The notes beneath the pieces are model-generated. The model had not been told where the DNA came from. It did not search any database and was given only the letters and a program-made list of their open reading frames with translations. From assembly GCA_964520655.1 (NCBI GenBank), contig CAZFNI010000012.1:1917-65916 (forward strand): DNA of 64,000 nt. Direction: 5' to 3'. Origin of the DNA: an uncultured Planctomycetales bacterium (GTDB lineage Bacteria; Omnitrophota; Gorgyraeia; Zapsychrales; Fredricksoniimonadaceae). Below, piece by piece: positions 58,674 through 64,000 of this stretch; position 1 is the stretch's first letter; each line of letters opens with the position of its first letter. The position numbers and the translations under genes are program-made.

Positions 58674-59378
58674 TTAGAACAATTTCGCGGTGATATATGC
58701 CAAAGCGGCATCCACCCGCAGTATCCTGGGCCCGAAACTTGCTTTGATAAACCCCTCGGCTTCAAACAATTCCAGCTCAAATGGGGTGATCCCTCCCTCC
58801 GGACCTATGACAAGGACAATGGGGACCTTGGACGCCCCTGCCAATTCATCTGTACCGCCTGGATGGGCAAGTATTTTCACACACCCCTGCGAGATCTTCG
58901 GCAGCTCATCCTGCACAAATGGTTTAAATTGAGGGTGGAATGTTACCTTAGGCATGCGCGTATCTTTGGCCTGCTCTAACCCCAGCGTCAAATGCTCCCT
59001 GACCGACTCCTCCCGCAATGTCCTGGAATTCCACAAGCTTTTTTCAACACGGCTGAAATTGATCACATGAATGTCTTTGAGGCCCAGCATCGCGGAAAAG
59101 AATAACGCGCGTTTGAACAAATGCGGTCTTGGCAACGCTAGAACCAGCGTCATCGGAAGCGGCGATGGCGGCGGCTGGTCTAACTTCACCGCCAGCTCGA
59201 CCCCTTCAGTGATACTGACCACTTCACCTTTGCCCATTTGGCCATCGCATAATCCGACCGTTAACACATCGCCGTGCTTGGACTTTAAGACTGTGGTGAT
59301 GTGATCGAAACGGTGGCCAAAAAGACGAACCCGGTCGACAGCGATAAAATCTTCAGAGAACAATAAGATCAGGTTCAT
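58674..59378 (-). CDS. rsmE: 16S rRNA (uracil1498-N3)-methyltransferase
   Basis: The C-terminal LVIGPEGGITPFELELFEAEGFIKASFGPRILRVDAALAY is the RsmE signature. Confidence 0.75.
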   Translation of the reverse strand: MNLILLFSEDFIAVDRVRLFGHRFDHITTVLKSKHGDVLTVGLCDGQMGKGEVVSITEGVELAVKLDQPPPSPLPMTLVLALPRPHLFKRALFFSAMLGLKDIHVINFSRVEKSLWNSRTLREESVREHLTLGLEQAKDTRMPKVTFHPQFKPFVQDELPKISQGCVKILAHPGGTDELAGASKVPIVLVIGPEGGITPFELELFEAEGFIKASFGPRILRVDAALAYITAKLF

Positions 59379-60196
59379 ATCAGCTGGTTTGACTCATCCT
59401 GCGGCATGTGGAACGAATGCGCGTCGTCGGGGAAAGACCCGTCAGCAACGTCCTGTTTATATTGCTTAAACGCGTCCTGCATCAGTGGCGCAAGGTCAAT
59501 GAACTTCTTCGAGAATTTCGGACTGCGGCCCGTGGTCAAGCCCAACAGATCATGGCTGACAAGCACCTGGCCGTCGCAGTATTTCCCAGCGCCTATGCCA
59601 AATGTAGGGATTGACAACTGATCCGTGATGATCCGTGCTAATTCTTGAGGAATACATTCCAGCACAATGGCAAAACAGCCAGCCTCCTGCAAACCCTTCG
59701 CTTGGGCAATGATCTTTTTAGCAGAGGCCGCATCCTTACCCTGGACTTTCATGCCGTCTTTAGAAGCAACTGTCTGCGGAGTTAGGCCGATATGACCCAT
59801 GACAGCGATGCCTGACTTGACTATTGAGGCCGCTACGGTTAAACATTCCCCAAACCATTCCAGCTTGACCGCTTTGCAGCCAGCTTCCTGGACAAACAGT
59901 TGCGCATTAGCGACAGATTTCTGGGGATCGACCTGATAGGCTTCAAATGGCATATCTCCGACGACTAGAGCACTCTTGACCGCGCGGGTCACCGCTTTGC
60001 AATGATGCAGCATTTCACTCATCCCCACCTGAGTGGTTGACTCCAATCCCAGGACAACATTAGCCAGCGAATCTCCCACCAGGATCACGTCGATCCCGCT
60101 TTGATCCATCCAGTAAGCGGTGGGATGATCGTAAGCCGTCAGCATTGTCAGCTTCCGCCCCGTTCTCTTGCTGTTTAAAATATCTGATACTGTCAT
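59375..60196 (-). CDS. panB: 3-methyl-2-oxobutanoate hydroxymethyltransferase
   Basis: KLTMLTAYDHPTAYWMDQSGIDVILVGDSLANVVLG is the PanB N-terminus. Confidence 0.85.
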   Translation of the reverse strand: MTVSDILNSKRTGRKLTMLTAYDHPTAYWMDQSGIDVILVGDSLANVVLGLESTTQVGMSEMLHHCKAVTRAVKSALVVGDMPFEAYQVDPQKSVANAQLFVQEAGCKAVKLEWFGECLTVAASIVKSGIAVMGHIGLTPQTVASKDGMKVQGKDAASAKKIIAQAKGLQEAGCFAIVLECIPQELARIITDQLSIPTFGIGAGKYCDGQVLVSHDLLGLTTGRSPKFSKKFIDLAPLMQDAFKQYKQDVADGSFPDDAHSFHMPQDESNQLI

Positions 60197-61545
60197 GACT
60201 TTAAGAACTCCGCGATCTTAAATGCTGCGGCCTTGCCACTGGCTATGGCATCGACAACACTACCTGCACCCGTGACCACATTGCCGGCAGCAAAAACTTT
60301 TTCGATGGATGTCAACCCTGTCTGCGCGTCGACCCAGATGCTGCCGTCCGCGTCCAGCCGCAATTGAGGCAAATGCTGCGCGATGAACGTGTTGGGCTTC
60401 CGGCCCGTTGCCAGAACAACGGTTTGTGCCTCAATGCTCTTGTTCTCTGATCCATCCGCACTAACGACCAGACGATCATTCTCCTCCTTGACCGTCAACG
60501 CTTCCACCTGAACGGACCTTGCAAAACCAAATGCGTTGCCGTCGATGGCCAATGCTTTCATCGGCGCGGCAATAACAACCCCTTCTTCCCGCGCCAATTC
60601 CAGATCTTCCGCCCCCACACCCAGCTGTTCTTCCAATCCATCAAAGATCAAGGTGACTTTCTGGCCGGCCCGAATGGAAAGACGGGCTGCATCCAAAGCC
60701 GCCCAGCCTCCTCCCACAACGACCGTATGTGTCCCTTGCCAAATCCCCCTCTTATCAACATTGAATTGTTTGGACAATTGCTGGGCGAACATCAATAATT
60801 CACCCGCATAATACACACCGCCTAAATTATGCCCTTTAAGATCAATCAAATTGGGAACCCCGGCACCCAGCGCCAATAATACCGCCGCCTGATTGCCAGC
60901 AAAAACATCCTGCATGGACATCGTTGCCCCCACAAAAGCATTTGTCTTAAGAGTCACCCCGAGACTGGTCAACATATCAAATTGTTCATCGATGATCTTT
61001 GTCGGAAGACGGAATTCAGGCAAGGCATAACGCAGCAACCCGCCCGGTTGAGGCAATGCCTCAAGCATGGTCACGGAATATCCGGACTGAGCTAAATAAA
61101 ACGCAGCGCTCATACCGGCAGGGCCTGATCCAACGATCGTTACTTTTCTATTTTTTTGCGGCGGTTTTTTTTCTTTAGGGAATTTCAGCTTGCCGGTATC
61201 CGAGGCATAGCGCTCCAACGCCCGGATCGAAACAGCAGCCCCTTCTTCATGAAAAATACACGCTTTTTCGCAAGGTGCCGGACAAATGCGCCCGCAGATC
61301 GCAGGGAATGGATTCTCCAGACGTATGCGCGTCAACGCGCCCAATGCGTCATCTTCCCGCAACAGCCGGATGAATCCCGGGATATCGACCCCTAAGGGAC
61401 AGCCCGACAAACAAGTGGCCACGGCGCATTGCGGGCAGCGTCGGGCCTCCTCTACGTTTTCTTTTTTGTTAAACCCAAGAATGACTTCACCAACATTGGT
61501 AATCCGCCGTTCTTTAGGTTGGATGGGAGGGTTTGTTTTTCCCAT
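60193..61545 (-). CDS. GltD/SudA-like NAD(P)H-dependent FAD/[Fe-S] oxidoreductase (NfnB-like large subunit)
   Basis: The N-terminal Cys clusters are CPQCAVATCLSGCP...CGRICPAPCEKAC. The FAD/NAD(P) Rossmann motif is VTIVGSGPAGMSAAFYLA. Confidence 0.75.
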   Translation of the reverse strand: MGKTNPPIQPKERRITNVGEVILGFNKKENVEEARRCPQCAVATCLSGCPLGVDIPGFIRLLREDDALGALTRIRLENPFPAICGRICPAPCEKACIFHEEGAAVSIRALERYASDTGKLKFPKEKKPPQKNRKVTIVGSGPAGMSAAFYLAQSGYSVTMLEALPQPGGLLRYALPEFRLPTKIIDEQFDMLTSLGVTLKTNAFVGATMSMQDVFAGNQAAVLLALGAGVPNLIDLKGHNLGGVYYAGELLMFAQQLSKQFNVDKRGIWQGTHTVVVGGGWAALDAARLSIRAGQKVTLIFDGLEEQLGVGAEDLELAREEGVVIAAPMKALAIDGNAFGFARSVQVEALTVKEENDRLVVSADGSENKSIEAQTVVLATGRKPNTFIAQHLPQLRLDADGSIWVDAQTGLTSIEKVFAAGNVVTGAGSVVDAIASGKAAAFKIAEFLKS

Positions 61546-62333
61546 GCCTGCTCCTTATTTGCCTGGTCGCGTTTGGCCAGATCGTCAAAATCTATACGTT
61601 TACCGTCGAATTGCGGACCATTTACGCAAGCTAACATAAATGCTCCGTCCACACGCACCCGGCATGATCCGCACATCCCCATGCCGCTGACCATGTGCGG
61701 GTTGACGGTGACCCAGATCGGGATATTCCTTTCACCCGCCATGCGGCTCGCCCCCTGCATCATCTCAACAGAACCAATGGCATAGACCGCGTTCACTTTG
61801 AATTTTTCAAGCAGATCACTTAATAGACCCGTCGCCAATCCTTTGCGTTCATAGGATCCATCGTTGGTAGTAATGAACAATTCATCGCATACGACACGCA
61901 TCTGCGCTTCTAACATCAATACTTTCTTGGACTTGGCACCGATGATCCCGATGACCCTGTTCCCTTTTTTCTTTAAAGCCCGGCAAATCGGCAGGATCTG
62001 CGCCGCACCTATCCCCGTCGCCGCGCAAATAACAACGCCGTATTTCTCAATGATCGAAGGCCTTCCCAAGGGACCGACCATGGAGTAAACCTTTTGCCCG
62101 ATAGACATTTCCCCCAACGCTTTGGTCGCTTCTCCCGACTCATGCACAATGAGCGTGATCACACCTTTGCGCTCATCAGCGTCGATAATAGACATTGGGA
62201 TTGGATTAATAGAAGGTGACGGTGAGACCATCACGAATTGACCGGGCAAGGCTTTGGAAGCAATATGAACAGCGGCAATATCGATCCGTTTGATATCTAA
62301 GGCAATGACCTGTTTATTAACGACCTTGAACAT
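61452..62333 (-). CDS. PyrK/SudB-like ferredoxin-NADP+ reductase-type subunit (NfnA-like small subunit)
   Basis: 293 aa. It has an FAD/NAD-binding fold and a C-terminal 2Fe-2S Cys cluster (CGSCRVRVDG...C). It is paired with the GltD-like gene. Confidence 0.7.
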   Translation of the reverse strand: MFKVVNKQVIALDIKRIDIAAVHIASKALPGQFVMVSPSPSINPIPMSIIDADERKGVITLIVHESGEATKALGEMSIGQKVYSMVGPLGRPSIIEKYGVVICAATGIGAAQILPICRALKKKGNRVIGIIGAKSKKVLMLEAQMRVVCDELFITTNDGSYERKGLATGLLSDLLEKFKVNAVYAIGSVEMMQGASRMAGERNIPIWVTVNPHMVSGMGMCGSCRVRVDGAFMLACVNGPQFDGKRIDFDDLAKRDQANKEQAWEKQTLPSNLKNGGLPMLVKSFLGLTKKKT

Positions 62334-62521
62334 TAAAAGAATACTCCTGGAGGCGGTTTGGGCATATTGTTCGCCACCTGCAGCACCTGTCCTAACAAAC
62401 CAAAAATACCGCCAATGATCTGACCTGGCAAGGAAAAAATTTCACACCCGCTCAATCCGATACAGCACAATACCAGAAATAAAAACCTGACCCACGGAAA
62501 AAGTAAACGCCTGATCATCAA
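62333..62521 (-). CDS. Small hydrophobic hypothetical protein
   Basis: 62 aa with one hydrophobic segment and a possible lipobox, GLSGC. The coding status is weak. Confidence 0.25.
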   Translation of the reverse strand: MMIRRLLFPWVRFLFLVLCCIGLSGCEIFSLPGQIIGGIFGLLGQVLQVANNMPKPPPGVFF

Positions 62522-63948
62522 TTCACCGTCAATTCCGCCTCTAATGACGAAGGCGTGGAAGAAAAACTTATCCCTTCAGAATTAAAAGCCCCAATCCCCT
62601 TGACCACTGGCACTGCCACATGAGACATATTATACATAAGCAAACGGTACTGCTGCGACAAGAGCATGTTTTTGGCGACCACCCGGTCAATATCCTTTAA
62701 TTGAGCGGCGTCATCCTTGATCGTCTGTTCAGCAAGGGCGATCTGGTCGTCGATATTCTTCACAGCCCCTTCATCATTGCCAGCCTCATCCAAAGATCCA
62801 CCGGAAGATATTTTCTCTTTTAACTCTTTAAGCTTGTCTTTAGCCAGACGGATCTCTTCTTTCTGAGTGATAATATCTTCCGCTAGTTCTTTTTTCTTGG
62901 ACTCCGCGTCTTTCTTATATGCCGAGGCCCTCTCCACTTGAGTGGAGAGATAATGGTCATACCATTCTATCCCGCCCAAAGCGCGCTGTGCGATCTCTTT
63001 GATCTTGAAATAAAAAATACCGTTGGGTTTGCCCTGAGTCAATCCGTGCGCCTTAAACTGTTTATTCTCCATGATCGATGAGGAAGGGTCGATCAAGGTA
63101 TCGATCGACTTTCGTATGAGCTGACGGGAGGACGCCAGCAAGAAATAATTGTCCCGGATCGCAAAACCAGGATCCACATTACCGCCAAAGGGAAGCGCAA
63201 CATAACGGATATCACTGCCCTGATAATTCTCTGTCGCGACAAGACTAAATCCTTGCTTAGAATTCAGAACACCGTCTAACAAAGCTTTGGCCTTCTGAGG
63301 ATCTGAAACCCTCACGAACAACAGAAAACGCGGATATGGGAATGCGCCCTGGATATCCACATCCGTCAAATACCCTCCTGCTTCCTGCTCCAGCAAACCG
63401 AAAAGCCCTCCCACATCATCACTGGATAATTTCTTCTGCAGGGATTTCCGGATCTTTTTCGGCTGACTTTCCAGAACGGATTCAGCTTTGGACTTAAAGG
63501 CCGCGGACATTGACTTAAAATCATAGCACCCTCCCCAATGGGACAGGATCGCCGACGGTGGGATCAACGCCAGCCCGCGGCTATTTGATGCATCGCAGGC
63601 AAAAAATTTCTGGAACGCAGGATCTGTTTTCTGGGCGTCGAACAATAAAACAGTCTTGAATTTATTCATCTCTCCCGGAAGGAACGACAACCCGTATGCG
63701 TTAAAACCGGTTTGTTTGGTCAACGCCGCGCCCCATAATGGATCTCCCAAACGGGCGGCGCCGTTTAAACGGACAAACATCATCCCATGGGAGGCTGGGT
63801 AAGATCGCGCTACCATCTCCTTAAACAGCCCGTCATTCTTTAAAGAAAGACGTTTATGGTTGATCGTCGCGATCACGTCATTGATCAGTGTACTTTTCTC
63901 GTCCGTAAAAACCAACACATTTCGGATATGGGCATATTTAAAGGACAC
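62518..63948 (-). CDS. Hypothetical protein with a C-terminal coiled coil
   Basis: 476 aa long ORF. No recognised motif. Confidence 0.5.
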   Translation of the reverse strand: MSFKYAHIRNVLVFTDEKSTLINDVIATINHKRLSLKNDGLFKEMVARSYPASHGMMFVRLNGAARLGDPLWGAALTKQTGFNAYGLSFLPGEMNKFKTVLLFDAQKTDPAFQKFFACDASNSRGLALIPPSAILSHWGGCYDFKSMSAAFKSKAESVLESQPKKIRKSLQKKLSSDDVGGLFGLLEQEAGGYLTDVDIQGAFPYPRFLLFVRVSDPQKAKALLDGVLNSKQGFSLVATENYQGSDIRYVALPFGGNVDPGFAIRDNYFLLASSRQLIRKSIDTLIDPSSSIMENKQFKAHGLTQGKPNGIFYFKIKEIAQRALGGIEWYDHYLSTQVERASAYKKDAESKKKELAEDIITQKEEIRLAKDKLKELKEKISSGGSLDEAGNDEGAVKNIDDQIALAEQTIKDDAAQLKDIDRVVAKNMLLSQQYRLLMYNMSHVAVPVVKGIGAFNSEGISFSSTPSSLEAELTVN

Positions 63949-64000
63949 CTCTTTTTTCTTAAATGTCAGATGAACGATGGCATGACCATTGAGTTGATCT

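Overview
This window looks like a chromosomal segment from a diderm (outer-membrane-bearing) bacterium. The lipid A genes lpxB and msbA support the diderm call. It is probably an uncultivated lineage; I cannot assign the taxon from sequence alone. Three blocks stand out.

(1) Positions 1-12.7 kb, minus strand. A pair of paralogous giant secreted proteins carries tail-fiber-like 'GNVGIGT' glycine-rich repeats. One paralog is complete (3197 aa); the other is truncated by the window edge. A PMT/GT-C-type membrane glycosyltransferase with C-terminal TPR repeats lies between them, and its start overlaps the 3' end of the giant gene.

(2) Positions 12.76-30.26 kb, minus strand. About 21 genes are packed with no gap above 17 nt. 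They interleave an F-like (MPF-F) type IV secretion core with a complete type IVb-pilus/T2SS-like module.
- T4SS core: TraA-like pilin, TraL, TraE, TraK, TraB/VirB10, TraV-like lipoprotein, TraC/VirB4 and, further downstream, a TraU-like protein.
- Pilus module: PilL-like lipoprotein, secretin, a PilM/N-like fusion, PilO-like and PilP-like proteins, GspE/PilB ATPase, GspF/PilC platform and two prepilins.
- No relaxase, coupling ATPase, integrase or prepilin peptidase is visible in the window.

(3) Positions 30.4-64 kb. These are ordinary housekeeping genes: msbA, lpxB, a full Bat aerotolerance operon (moxR-DUF58-batABCD), metH, feoAB, tRNA-Arg(CCT), apt, a sigma-70 factor, ppdK, glyQS, rsmE, panB and nfnAB-like genes.

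The most interesting feature is the hybrid T4SS/T4P super-operon sitting immediately upstream of the giant adhesin-like genes. All functional calls rest on motif recognition and remembered family sequences. No database search was run.
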